DNA of 64,000 nucleotides, taken from NCBI GenBank assembly GCA_902791625.1, contig CADAWN010000003.1:30465-94464 (forward strand), read 5' to 3'. A program made the translations under genes and the position numbers. The notes under the pieces were generated by a model. The model ran no database searches. It had not been told where the DNA came from and was given only the letters and a program-made list of their open reading frames with translations. Each line of letters begins with the position of its first letter. Within the stretch, counting starts at the first letter, position 1. The DNA is from an uncultured Erysipelotrichaceae bacterium. Lineage in GTDB: Bacteria; Bacillota_I; Bacilli_A; RF39; UBA660. Below, piece after piece: positions 40,700 through 50,810 of the stretch.

Positions 40700-41575
40700 C
40701 TATTTTTTTTGTATGTTTTTAATTTTTTTAGTTGATTTAATATGATTACCAATAATTTCGGATACATCAGTAATTGTTATAAATACAGATTCATCAATTT
40801 CTTCAGCTATCTTTCTTAATTCAGCTACTTCAAGTCTAGTAAGTACACAATATAAAACTTCTTTCTTACCAGATATTAATCCATCACCTTTAATAGTAGT
40901 AGTAGTTCTACCAAGTCTTTTATATATTTCTTTAGATATATCTATTGATCTATCAGTAATTATCATAGCTGCTTTACCTTGTTCTAATCCTTCTGATACA
41001 AAGTCAATCACTTTATATGTAATAAAATAAGTAAGTAAGGAATATAGAGCTCTATCAATACCAAATATAAAACCAGCTACTCCAAATATAATTATATTAA
41101 AGATTAGAATAATTTGACCAATCGATATAGGAAACTTTTTACTTATAACCATTGAAACAGATTCTGTACCATCTAGGCAACTTCCCATTTTAATCACTAT
41201 TCCACAACCAAGACCAAGTAAGAAACCTCCAAATACAGTAGCAAGTAATATTTCATCAGTTAAAGGTTCTAGTCCACTAAATAAATACAAGAAAAAAGTA
41301 AATACTGCCATACTATAGATTGTTTTAAATAAGAATCTTTTACCTAGATGTCTATATCCAACATATATAAAAGGAATATTAAGAACAAAAACTAATTGAC
41401 TTAAATTAAGAGGAGTAAGTTTTGCAATAATTATTCCTATACCAGTAACACCACCATCTAATATAGTATTAGGTATTAAAATAGTTTCCAGGGCATAACT
41501 AGAAATAATAACACCAATTGTAATAATAACGTATGACATAAATTCTTTAAATATAGAATTATTTATCTTCACCAT
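40700..41575 (-). CDS. YitT family membrane protein
   Basis: DGGVTG, LNIP, DGTE motifs; C-terminal DUF2179-like domain. Confidence 0.88.
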   Translation of the reverse strand: MVKINNSIFKEFMSYVIITIGVIISSYALETILIPNTILDGGVTGIGIIIAKLTPLNLSQLVFVLNIPFIYVGYRHLGKRFLFKTIYSMAVFTFFLYLFSGLEPLTDEILLATVFGGFLLGLGCGIVIKMGSCLDGTESVSMVISKKFPISIGQIILIFNIIIFGVAGFIFGIDRALYSLLTYFITYKVIDFVSEGLEQGKAAMIITDRSIDISKEIYKRLGRTTTTIKGDGLISGKKEVLYCVLTRLEVAELRKIAEEIDESVFITITDVSEIIGNHIKSTKKIKNIQKK

Positions 41576-41689
41576 ATAATCACCTATTATAAGTATAACT
41601 CTAATAATAAAAAAATAAAACAAATTTAAAAAAATAGTGTATTTGTTGTCATACTATGTTAAACTATGTGTATACGCGGAGGGTTTGGG

Positions 41690-43897
41690 ATGAATATTGA
41701 TAATGAAGAGTTTAGATTAAAGAAAATATTAAAACAAGCTAAAGATGGAATAACAAAAGAAGAAATTCTATCTAAATTTTCTGATGAAAAAAAAGATTTT
41801 GTTGAGTTCTTAATATCAGTTGAACTAGATAAGTATGATTTAATAGAACTAGATAATAAATATATTCATATTGATAATACGGATTATAGAGTAGGAACTT
41901 ATAAAGAAAAAAAGTATAATAATAGATTTGTAGAAATAGGTAAAAATTTTTATACTCCTAATGTAGATACAAATGCGATAAGTGGTGATACTGTTTTAGT
42001 TAGAATAAAAGATAAAAAATCTAAAACATGTCATATAGAAAGAATATTAAGTCGTGAATTAAAGAGTATTTATGGAGAAGTAGTACTAATTAAGAATGAT
42101 TATATTTTAGTACCAGATAATCCTAAATATAAGAAATTACATATTAATTTAAATAATAATAAAGAAATTATATGTGGTTCTAAAGTAGTAGTTGAATTAA
42201 ATGATGAGATTAGTGAAAATACATATAATGGAACAATAACAGGATTAATTGGTTATAGTAGTGATCCTGGTATTGATATTTTAATGGAAGCTTGTAAATA
42301 TGAGATTAATTCTGCTTTTCCAAAAGAATGTGAAGAAGAATTAGAAAATATTCCAATGGAAGTAAGAGATATAGATAGAATTAATAGATGTGATTTAACT
42401 AAAAAAGAGATATTTACTATAGATGGTGATGATACTAAAGATATAGATGATGCAATAAGTTTAGATGTACTTGATAATGGTAATTATTTATTAGGAGTAC
42501 ATATTACTGATGTAACATATTATATTAAAAAGAATTCAGCTCTAGATAGAGAAGCATATAGTAGAGGAACAAGTTCTTATCTTGCTAGTAAAGTTATTCC
42601 AATGTATCCACCAATTATTTCAAATGGTATAGGTTCACTAAATCCAAAAGTTGATAGATTAGCTATTACTTGTGAAATGGAAATAGATGCAAATGGAAAT
42701 ATTATAAGAACAAATATATTTGAATCAGTAATTAATTCAAAAATTCAAATGACTTATAAGAAAGTAAATGATATTTTAGATAAAAATATAGTTGCTCCAG
42801 AATATAGAGATTTTGTTAAGACGTTAAGAACTATGAGAAAACTATCATTAAGACTTGCTAGAAAAAGATTATTAAGGGGAGCAATGGAACTTGATAATAG
42901 TGAATTAAAGATTGAATTAGATGAAAATGGATTCCCTAAGAATTTTTATGTTAGAGAACCAGGAACTGGTGAAAATTTAATAGAAGAGTTTATGATAGCA
43001 GCTAATGAAGCAGTTGCTGAAGCTTTAGAAAGTAAAAGTTATCCAGCAATGTATAGAATTCATGAAGATCCTTCATGTGAGAAAATAAGTGATTTTGTAG
43101 AATGCCTAAATAAAGCTGGTATAAGTTGTACTTTTAATGGAAGCGGCAACTTACAACTAGAAATTCAAAAAATAGTTAATCAACTTTCTAGTTATGATGA
43201 AATAGGTAAGATGATGGCATATCCATTAATAAGAACTCTAAGAAAAGCAAGATATAGTCCAGATAATATAGGACACTTTGGTCTTGCAAGTGAAGGTTAT
43301 GTACACTTTACATCACCAATAAGACGTTATCCAGATGATACTATTCATAGAGCTATAAAAAAATATATTTTAAGTAAAGAATATGAAGAAGATGAAGAAG
43401 AACAAAAAAGAGATTACTTAGAATTAGAAGAACAAGCTATGCATCTATCAGATAGAGAAAAACAAGCAGAAAAATGTGAAAGAGCAATTACTGCTATGAA
43501 GTGTGCTGAATATATGGAAAAACATATAGGAGATACATATAAAGGAAGAATTTCTCAAATTGATAATAGTGGTATAACTATTCAATTGGATAACTTAATT
43601 GAAGGAAGAGTAAAGATTAATACGTTACCATGCCATTATGAATATAATGAAGAAACTATGTCTTTAGTAGCTTTAGATGATGCTTATGAAGATTACTATT
43701 ATGGAGATTTATTACAAGTAGAAGTAAGTAATGCAAGTAAAGAAAATAAAACAATAGAGTTTGAAATATTAAAGGTAATTCAACAAAATAAATATATTAA
43801 ACAAGGTATTAATGAAAATAAAAGATTAGAGGCTATGAATAAAAGTCTAAAAAAGTCAAAAAGAAATGAAAAAAGAAGAGCTAAATGGAACATTTAA
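41690..43897 (+). CDS. second RNase R/RNB-family exoribonuclease paralogue
   Basis: TIDGDDTKDIDDA, IEEFMIAANE, HFTSPIRRYPD, S1 domain; divergent N-terminus. Confidence 0.88.
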   Translation: MNIDNEEFRLKKILKQAKDGITKEEILSKFSDEKKDFVEFLISVELDKYDLIELDNKYIHIDNTDYRVGTYKEKKYNNRFVEIGKNFYTPNVDTNAISGDTVLVRIKDKKSKTCHIERILSRELKSIYGEVVLIKNDYILVPDNPKYKKLHINLNNNKEIICGSKVVVELNDEISENTYNGTITGLIGYSSDPGIDILMEACKYEINSAFPKECEEELENIPMEVRDIDRINRCDLTKKEIFTIDGDDTKDIDDAISLDVLDNGNYLLGVHITDVTYYIKKNSALDREAYSRGTSSYLASKVIPMYPPIISNGIGSLNPKVDRLAITCEMEIDANGNIIRTNIFESVINSKIQMTYKKVNDILDKNIVAPEYRDFVKTLRTMRKLSLRLARKRLLRGAMELDNSELKIELDENGFPKNFYVREPGTGENLIEEFMIAANEAVAEALESKSYPAMYRIHEDPSCEKISDFVECLNKAGISCTFNGSGNLQLEIQKIVNQLSSYDEIGKMMAYPLIRTLRKARYSPDNIGHFGLASEGYVHFTSPIRRYPDDTIHRAIKKYILSKEYEEDEEEQKRDYLELEEQAMHLSDREKQAEKCERAITAMKCAEYMEKHIGDTYKGRISQIDNSGITIQLDNLIEGRVKINTLPCHYEYNEETMSLVALDDAYEDYYYGDLLQVEVSNASKENKTIEFEILKVIQQNKYIKQGINENKRLEAMNKSLKKSKRNEKRRAKWNI

Positions 43898-43906
43898 CTC
43901 TTTAAT

Positions 43907-43982
<76 letters not shown>

Positions 43983-44046
43983 TAAGACAATAACGAACAT
44001 AAAGTTCGTTTTTTTTTACAAAATAAAGGACACATAAGTGCCCTTT

Positions 44047-44511
44047 TTAATATCCTAATTTATCAATAAATTTCTTAACACTATTCTTATGAGATAGTTC
44101 TACTTTTACATATAATAAAGTATTATCAATTCTACTAAGGTAATAATAATTTACTGAAGTAGTAAGTGAATATGTATTATAATTTCTTATATTAGAAGAA
44201 GCATCAACGTTTTTATCTGTTTTATCTTTTTCAAAAGTAGCTTTGTTTTTATCAAACATCTCTTCTGCACTATCAGAATCTTTTAATTCATAAAACTCTA
44301 CTTTCCATCCTCTTAGGTTAGCAGCTACATATCCTTTCTTAATAGAAGGAGATTTCTTATATTGATCAGTAACATTATAAACAGTAAGTTTATCTTTCTT
44401 TGAGATAGAAATAAATCTATCACTATTAATTGAGTTTTTCTCCATACATCCTGTAAGAGTAAATATAAAAATTATTAAAAATATTAGTGAAAAAAATTTT
44501 TTTATTTTCAT
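44047..44511 (-). CDS. hypothetical lipoprotein
   Basis: Lipobox LTGC after a hydrophobic stretch. Confidence 0.7.
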   Translation of the reverse strand: MKIKKFFSLIFLIIFIFTLTGCMEKNSINSDRFISISKKDKLTVYNVTDQYKKSPSIKKGYVAANLRGWKVEFYELKDSDSAEEMFDKNKATFEKDKTDKNVDASSNIRNYNTYSLTTSVNYYYLSRIDNTLLYVKVELSHKNSVKKFIDKLGY

Positions 44512-44795
44512 AAGATTCACCTCTAATAAATTATATAATATAGGTATAAAAAAGTCTATTAAAAAAAGTTGTGGATAAAATTATTTAAAATGTATTTGAA
44601 AAACATTTTTGTAAACTTAAAACGTCAAAAATAACATATTTTAGTATTTATATATTGTAAAAATATTATAAAAATGATATTATTTTAATATAAGAAAAGG
44701 GTATAATTAATAGTGTGAACTAGACTTATTTTTTATTAACAAATTTGACATATTTTAAGTTTTATTCTACTATTAAATAGCTAAGGAGATTTTTT

Positions 44796-45638
44796 ATGAG
44801 TATAACATTGACTGATTTAATATCAATTTTAAAAAAGATAATAGATATATCATTAGTATGGTTTATTTTTTACTACATACTAAAAAATATACGTAATAAT
44901 GTTAAGCTTTCTTTAATATTTAAAGGAGTAGCTTTTGTAATAATATTAAAAATAATAAGTGATGCATGTGGATTTACAACAGTAGGATTATTACTTGAAT
45001 ATGTAATTATGTATGGACCACTAGCTTTAATAATAATATTTCAACCTGAAATTAGAAGTATTCTAGAACAATTAGGTAGAAGTCAATTATTAGGAAGACA
45101 TAAAGTATTAACAGTAGATGAACGTGAAAACTTAGTTTATCAAGTTGTTGGTGCGATGGATAGTTTAAGAAAATCTAAAATAGGTGCGATTATAGTTATT
45201 GAAAGAGATATAAGCTTACACCCATATATAGATAAAGCTAAAAAAATATATGCAGATTTATCAAGTGATTTATTACTGTCAATATTCTTTCCACATAATC
45301 CACTTCACGATGGTGGAGTAATTATCCAAGGAGATAAAATTACTTGTTGTGGAGCAGTATTCCCTACAAGTAATAGTTCTAAAATTAATAAAAGATTAGG
45401 TACAAGACATAGAGCTGCAGTTGGTATAACAGAAGAAACAGACTGTATTGCTTTAATTGTTTCTGAAGAAACAGGAAGAATGTCTATAGCTATTAAAGGT
45501 GAATTATACTATAACTTAACAATAGATGATGTAAGAATGATGTTAATAGATGAATTAAGACCAAAGAAAGAATCACTAGAAGATGATTTTGATGAAGAAA
45601 TAGAAGAAGAGGAAGAGATATATGAAGAAGATATGTAA
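44796..45638 (+). CDS. cdaA: diadenylate cyclase CdaA
   Basis: Three N-terminal TMs, FQPEIR, PLHDGG, GTRHRAA, VSEETG. Confidence 0.93.
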   Translation: MSITLTDLISILKKIIDISLVWFIFYYILKNIRNNVKLSLIFKGVAFVIILKIISDACGFTTVGLLLEYVIMYGPLALIIIFQPEIRSILEQLGRSQLLGRHKVLTVDERENLVYQVVGAMDSLRKSKIGAIIVIERDISLHPYIDKAKKIYADLSSDLLLSIFFPHNPLHDGGVIIQGDKITCCGAVFPTSNSSKINKRLGTRHRAAVGITEETDCIALIVSEETGRMSIAIKGELYYNLTIDDVRMMLIDELRPKKESLEDDFDEEIEEEEEIYEEDM

Positions 45639-46977
45639 ATTTTTTAAAACTGTATTTCGCGCTATTTTCTCATTCTTTGATAGATGGTTAATCACACCAA
45701 TTACTAAGCTAATATTAAAAATAACACATGGTCTAAAAGGTAATAATAGAGGTTTAGAAAAATTATTGAATAAGAAGTCAACATTACTAGTTATATCATT
45801 ATTACTTGCTTTTGGAGCATTCATAATAATTGATAGAAATTCAAATGTAATGATTGATCAATATGCAGAAATACTATATAAACAAAAAGTAACAGCTAAT
45901 TATAATGAAGAATTATATGTTGTTGAAGGATTACCTAAAACAGTAGATATTACTTTAATAGGTCAAAAAAGACATATATTCCTAGCTAAGCAAAAACCAT
46001 CTGGTGGAGTAACAGTAGACTTAACTGGATTAAAGCCAGGAAATCATAAAGTAACATTAAAATACTCACAACAAATTAAATCAATTAATTATAGAGTTGA
46101 TCCATCTAATGTAACAGTTACTATTTATGAAAAAGTATCAGAAACTAAACCACTTACTTATGATATACTTCATAAGGATAGTCTAGATAGTAAATTATAT
46201 ATAAGTAATGTTAAATTAAATAGAGATAATGTAATAGTTAAAGGTGCAGAATATAAACTACAAAAAGTAGCAACAGTAAAAGCATTAATTGATGTAGATA
46301 ATATGGTTAATCCAAAAGCTGGAGAACTAACATTAAAAGATGTACCATTAGTTGCTTATGATGATAATGGTGAAGTAGTAGATGTAGAAATAGTACCATC
46401 TAAGTTAAATGCAGATATCACAATTACATCACCAAGTAAAGAAGTACCAATTAAAGTTATACCAAAAGGTGATTTAGCATTTGGTCAATCAATTAAATCA
46501 ATCACACCAAGTTCAACATCACTAACAGTGTATGGTACAGAAGATGCTGTAAATAAAATTAATGTAATTGAAGTACCAATTGATGTTAAAGGATTAGAAA
46601 ATGATAAGACATATAATATTACATTAGGAAAACCTACAGGTATAACAGAGTTAAGTGTTAAAACTATTTCAGTAGAAGTTAAACTAGATAAATCAACTAC
46701 AAAAGAATTTACAAATATTCCAATAGAAACTGAAAACTTAGATAGTAAATACAGTGTACAAGCACTAAACAAAGAAGACAGTAGCGTAACTGTAGTAGTT
46801 AAAGGAAGTAAAGATATAGTTGATGCAATAAAGAATGAAAATATTAAAGCATACATAGACTTAAAAGGTTTAACGCCTGGAGAACATGAAGTAGATGTTA
46901 AAGTTAAAGGTGATGACTTGAAGTTATCATACACATCTAAGACTAAGAAAGTAAAAGTTAAAATTACTCAAAAATAG
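45622..46977 (+). CDS. cdaR: CdaA regulator CdaR (YbbR repeats)
   Basis: TM plus repeated V.V.G...A.IDL.GL..G units; overlaps cdaA. Confidence 0.88.
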   Translation: MKKICKFFKTVFRAIFSFFDRWLITPITKLILKITHGLKGNNRGLEKLLNKKSTLLVISLLLAFGAFIIIDRNSNVMIDQYAEILYKQKVTANYNEELYVVEGLPKTVDITLIGQKRHIFLAKQKPSGGVTVDLTGLKPGNHKVTLKYSQQIKSINYRVDPSNVTVTIYEKVSETKPLTYDILHKDSLDSKLYISNVKLNRDNVIVKGAEYKLQKVATVKALIDVDNMVNPKAGELTLKDVPLVAYDDNGEVVDVEIVPSKLNADITITSPSKEVPIKVIPKGDLAFGQSIKSITPSSTSLTVYGTEDAVNKINVIEVPIDVKGLENDKTYNITLGKPTGITELSVKTISVEVKLDKSTTKEFTNIPIETENLDSKYSVQALNKEDSSVTVVVKGSKDIVDAIKNENIKAYIDLKGLTPGEHEVDVKVKGDDLKLSYTSKTKKVKVKITQK

Positions 46978-46979
46978 TA

Positions 46980-47009
46980 AAAGATGCATTTAAGAATGCA
47001 TCTTTTTTT
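46980..47009. terminator. bidirectional terminator
   Basis: AAAGATGCATT-TAAG-AATGCATCTTT hairpin between convergent genes. Confidence 0.75.
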
Positions 47010-47208
47010 ATCTTCTATCATTATCAAATAACATAGTTATAGATATTAAACCACATATACCTATTAAAATATAAACAACTCTAGCTAGAATATTAGTTGA
47101 ACTACCAAATATAGTCGCAACTAAATCTAATTGAAAAGCTCCCACTAATAACCAGTTAATCGCACCAATTATTACTAAAACCAAAGCAATTTTTTTTATT
47201 GTTTCCAT
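47008..47208 (-). CDS. DUF378 (YuzA-like) small membrane protein
   Basis: LVIIGAINW.LVGAFQLDLVATIFG...VYILIGICGL. Confidence 0.8.
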   Translation of the reverse strand: METIKKIALVLVIIGAINWLLVGAFQLDLVATIFGSSTNILARVVYILIGICGLISITMLFDNDRR

Positions 47209-47318
47209 TTTACCATCCTTTCTTTCTGATATTATTCTAATCAAAAAAAACTAAATTATACGGAATAATTAACAAATAATAACATATAGTTAAAATGAAA
47301 AAGATTAGAGGTGAAATT

Positions 47319-48305
47319 TTGAAAAAGTTTTTAGGATGTTTTTTATTAATACTAATTGTTACTGGATGTGGGAAATATAATCAAGATGATGTTATTAAAG
47401 ATTTAGAATCTAAAATAGATAATAACTATTATTTAGAAGGTAATTTAGAAATGGTTAATAATGATGAAGTATATAACTATGAAGTAAAATCTTCATATAA
47501 GAAAAGTGACAACTATAAAGTAGAATTATTAAATAAATCTAATAATCATGAACAAGTAATACTTAAAAACAGTGAAGGAGTTTTTGTAGTAACACCATCA
47601 CTTAATAAAAGTTTTAAATTTCAAAGTGATTGGCCATATAATAATTCACAAATATATTTATTACAATCAGTTGTTAGTGATATAAAAAATGATAATAAGA
47701 AAGAATTTAAAAAGAAAAAAGATGAATATATATTTACAACAACAGTTAATTATCCAAACAATAGAAAACTAGTTAAACAAGATATTATTATGGATAAAAA
47801 TCTAAATATAAAGAAAATAAAAGTATATGATGAAAATAGTGTCGCACTAATTACAATGAACTATAAAAAAATAGATTATAATCCAACTTTTAAGAAAAAC
47901 TATTTTTCTTTAGATAAAGTATTGGAGAGCTCATTACAAAAAGAAAAAGTTAAACAAGTATCAAATATAGAAGATAGTATATATCCACTTGCTTTACCTA
48001 CTGGTACAAAATTATCAAAAGAAGAAAAAGTAGCAAAGACAGATGGAGAAAGAGTAATATTAACATTTGATGGAGAAAAACCATTTTTATTAGTAGAAGA
48101 AACTGCAAATGTATTTAATGAATTTACAATAATACCAACAAATGGTGATCCATATATATTACAAGATACAGTAGGAGTACTAGGAGAAAATTCACTTAAT
48201 TGGACAACTGGAGGAATAGAATACTACATAGTTAGTGATGTACTAAATCAAAATGAATTAATAGAAATAGCAAGTTCAATAAACTCAATACCTACAATGA
48301 AATAG
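47319..48305 (+). CDS. sporulation lipoprotein YdcC/SsdC-like (LolA-like fold)
   Basis: TTG start after GAGGTG; lipobox VTGC; QVILKNSEGVFVVTPSLNKSFKFQSDWP.NNSQ.YL motif. Confidence 0.8.
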   Translation: MKKFLGCFLLILIVTGCGKYNQDDVIKDLESKIDNNYYLEGNLEMVNNDEVYNYEVKSSYKKSDNYKVELLNKSNNHEQVILKNSEGVFVVTPSLNKSFKFQSDWPYNNSQIYLLQSVVSDIKNDNKKEFKKKKDEYIFTTTVNYPNNRKLVKQDIIMDKNLNIKKIKVYDENSVALITMNYKKIDYNPTFKKNYFSLDKVLESSLQKEKVKQVSNIEDSIYPLALPTGTKLSKEEKVAKTDGERVILTFDGEKPFLLVEETANVFNEFTIIPTNGDPYILQDTVGVLGENSLNWTTGGIEYYIVSDVLNQNELIEIASSINSIPTMK

Positions 48306-48356
48306 TACTTTTATTATTATTTAAACCATGATATAATAATAATGGTCGGTGATAAT

Positions 48357-48872
48357 ATGAGCAAAAGAAATAATGGTAATAGAAGACAAAGAAGAAAAGA
48401 ACAACCAATAGTAGAAGAACAACAAAATATAGAATTAAAAAAAGTTATAAAAATATTAATAGTTATGGCTGTTACACTTGGAGTATTTTATTTATTAACA
48501 ATGGGTATACTAAGTAAGAAGGATCCAATTATAACAACACCTAATCCTTCTATACAATATAATAAATTATTAGTTGGAGAGAGTTTTACTCAGAAAGAAA
48601 AAGATTACTTAGTATTATATTATGATAGTACTAAAGATAATATGGATACAGTACATAACTTAATATCAAATTATAATGATAAAAAAGAGAAACTATATTT
48701 ATATACTGTAGATATGAGTGAAGCTTTTAATAAAGAGTATATAAGTAATGAATCAAATAAAAGTGCAACTAAAGCAGAAGAATTAAAAATAGCAGGATTA
48801 ACACTTATTCATTTCAAAGATAATAAAATAGTAGAATATGTAACTGATAATATAGATTCATATTTAAAATAG
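48357..48872 (+). CDS. membrane-anchored protein with thioredoxin-like fold lacking CxxC
   Basis: TM followed by YLVLYYD...LYTVD...TLIHFKDNKI pattern. Confidence 0.5.
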   Translation: MSKRNNGNRRQRRKEQPIVEEQQNIELKKVIKILIVMAVTLGVFYLLTMGILSKKDPIITTPNPSIQYNKLLVGESFTQKEKDYLVLYYDSTKDNMDTVHNLISNYNDKKEKLYLYTVDMSEAFNKEYISNESNKSATKAEELKIAGLTLIHFKDNKIVEYVTDNIDSYLK

Positions 48873-48890
48873 AGTAGAAATACTCTTTAT

Positions 48891-48967
48891 GCCTCAATAG
48901 CTCAGCTGGTTAGAGCACTTGACTGTTAATCAAGGGGTCCTAGGTTCAAGTCCTAGTTGGGGCGCCA
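48891..48967 (+). tRNA. tRNA-Asn(GTT)
   Basis: GCCTCAA/TTGGGGC acceptor, CTTGA-CTGTTAA-TCAAG anticodon arm, G73, CCA. Confidence 0.93.
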
Positions 48968-49033
48968 TTTATTAGGATAGAAAACTATCTTTTTCTTTTT
49001 TTAAAAAAGAGTTTTAAGTATAGAGGTGAAGAT

Positions 49034-50263
49034 ATGGCTAAAAATAAGAAAAAAAAGAATAAAACAAATAAAACAAATAAGCCAAATAAACAAAGAGATA
49101 TAAAAGACTTTTTTTCTATGAAAGAAGTTTTAGTTATAACAGTAATGGCAATCATCTTTGGATGGTTTATGGGTAGTATCATTACTAGTAAAACAGCTAA
49201 AGTAAATGAGTCAGAAGATATCAAAAAATTTACTAATGTTTATAATCATATAGCAAATAACTACTATAAAAAAGTAGATAGAAAAAAACTAGTTGAATCA
49301 GCTATAAATGGTATGCTTAATGACTTAGATGATCCATACACTTCATATATGGATGAAGAAGAAACAGATTCATTTAATAGAATAATGGATGGAGAATATA
49401 AGGGTGTAGGTGTAAGCATAGTAAAATATAAAGAAGATATAATAATAATAGGAGCATTTAAAGGTTCACCTGCACAAGTTGCTGGAATAAAAGCAGGAGA
49501 TATAATTCTAGAAATAGATGGTAAATCATTTAAGAATAAAGATGCGGATGATGTTATAAAAGAAGTACAAAATAAAAAAGAAATAGAAATAAAAATAAAA
49601 AGAAAAGAAGAAGAAAAAACATTTAAAATAAAAGTTAAAAAAGTAGAAATACCATCAGTAAGTTCTGAAGTAATAGAGAAAAATGGTGAAAAAGTAGGAG
49701 TAATAAGTATTAGTGTTTTTGCTCTAAATACTTCAACACAATTTAAAAAAGAATTACAATCATTAGAAAAGAAAAATATAAAATCATATATATTAGATTT
49801 AAGAAGTAACCCAGGAGGTTATTTAACAGAAGCTACTAATATTCTTTCAGAATTTATGGATAGTAGTCATGTTATATATCAGATAAAAACAAAAAAAAGA
49901 ACAGAAAAGTTTTATTCAGAAGGAAAGAAGAATAAAAACTATAAAGTAGTTGTATTATTAGATGAAAATTCAGCATCAGCATCAGAAGTAGTTGCAGCTG
50001 CACTTAAAGAAAGTTATGGAGCAACTATAGTAGGTAAAAAATCATATGGTAAAGGAACAGTTCAAAGAACTGCTAAAATAACAGGTGGAGGAACTATTAA
50101 ATATACTATAGAAAATTGGTTAACACCAAAAGGAAACTATATAAATAAAAAAGGAATAGAACCATCAGTTGAAGTAGATTTAAATGAAGACTATTATGAT
50201 GAACCTACAAACGATAATGATAATCAATTACAAAAAGCTTTAGAATTAATAACAAAAAAGTAA
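49034..50263 (+). CDS. carboxyl-terminal processing protease (S41A, CtpA-like)
   Basis: DPYTSY, PDZ (GSPAQVAGIKAGD), LDLRSNPGG, SASASE, SYGKGTVQ. Confidence 0.92.
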   Translation: MAKNKKKKNKTNKTNKPNKQRDIKDFFSMKEVLVITVMAIIFGWFMGSIITSKTAKVNESEDIKKFTNVYNHIANNYYKKVDRKKLVESAINGMLNDLDDPYTSYMDEEETDSFNRIMDGEYKGVGVSIVKYKEDIIIIGAFKGSPAQVAGIKAGDIILEIDGKSFKNKDADDVIKEVQNKKEIEIKIKRKEEEKTFKIKVKKVEIPSVSSEVIEKNGEKVGVISISVFALNTSTQFKKELQSLEKKNIKSYILDLRSNPGGYLTEATNILSEFMDSSHVIYQIKTKKRTEKFYSEGKKNKNYKVVVLLDENSASASEVVAAALKESYGATIVGKKSYGKGTVQRTAKITGGGTIKYTIENWLTPKGNYINKKGIEPSVEVDLNEDYYDEPTNDNDNQLQKALELITKK

Positions 50264-50273
50264 CATAATAATG

Positions 50274-50810
50274 TTACTTTTTTAATATGCCACGTATTAT
50301 TAGTTGTTTACCCTTAGAATCACTACAAGTAGTTAAAATTATCTCATCACTATTAATTCTATTTCCAGTGATATAACCATTCTTTAATACCTCTTTTTTA
50401 TCAATTACTATATATTTATAAATAGTATTATTATAACTAAGTATAACTTCATCATTACTACTTAAATACTTTAAATCATTAAAATAAGCATTACTTCCTG
50501 TACCAGAGTGAGCAGCTAAAAATACTATACTATTATTGCCATCAGGGAATATAGTTTCTTTTAGGACTTCTACGTTATATTCAATATTATTCTTATTACT
50601 ATTAATACTAAATAAATTCTTTTTTAAATTAATTTTAGGTATATAAATATATCCAATATATTCACTATCTACTACTTTAGATATCTTAGTATCCATAGTT
50701 ATTTTAGATTTAAAAGACTTAGAATACTTAGTATATATAGTAATACAAGATACTAAATATATAACTAGTATAAAACTAACTAATAATAACTTTTTTAACA
50801 TATAATCCAC
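50274..50810 (-). CDS. sortase
   Basis: N-terminal TM, IGYIYIPKINL, LAAHSG, FNDL, LTTC. Confidence 0.85.
   Translation of the reverse strand: MDYMLKKLLLVSFILVIYLVSCITIYTKYSKSFKSKITMDTKISKVVDSEYIGYIYIPKINLKKNLFSINSNKNNIEYNVEVLKETIFPDGNNSIVFLAAHSGTGSNAYFNDLKYLSSNDEVILSYNNTIYKYIVIDKKEVLKNGYITGNRINSDEIILTTCSDSKGKQLIIRGILKK

Noticed and set aside
43994-44008. CGAAC...GTTCG as a LexA (Cheo) box; also 31801-31817
   Set aside because: Spacers are 5 and 7 nt rather than 4, and both sites lie downstream of RNA genes before T runs. No GAAC-N4-GTTC was seen upstream of uvrB or uvrA
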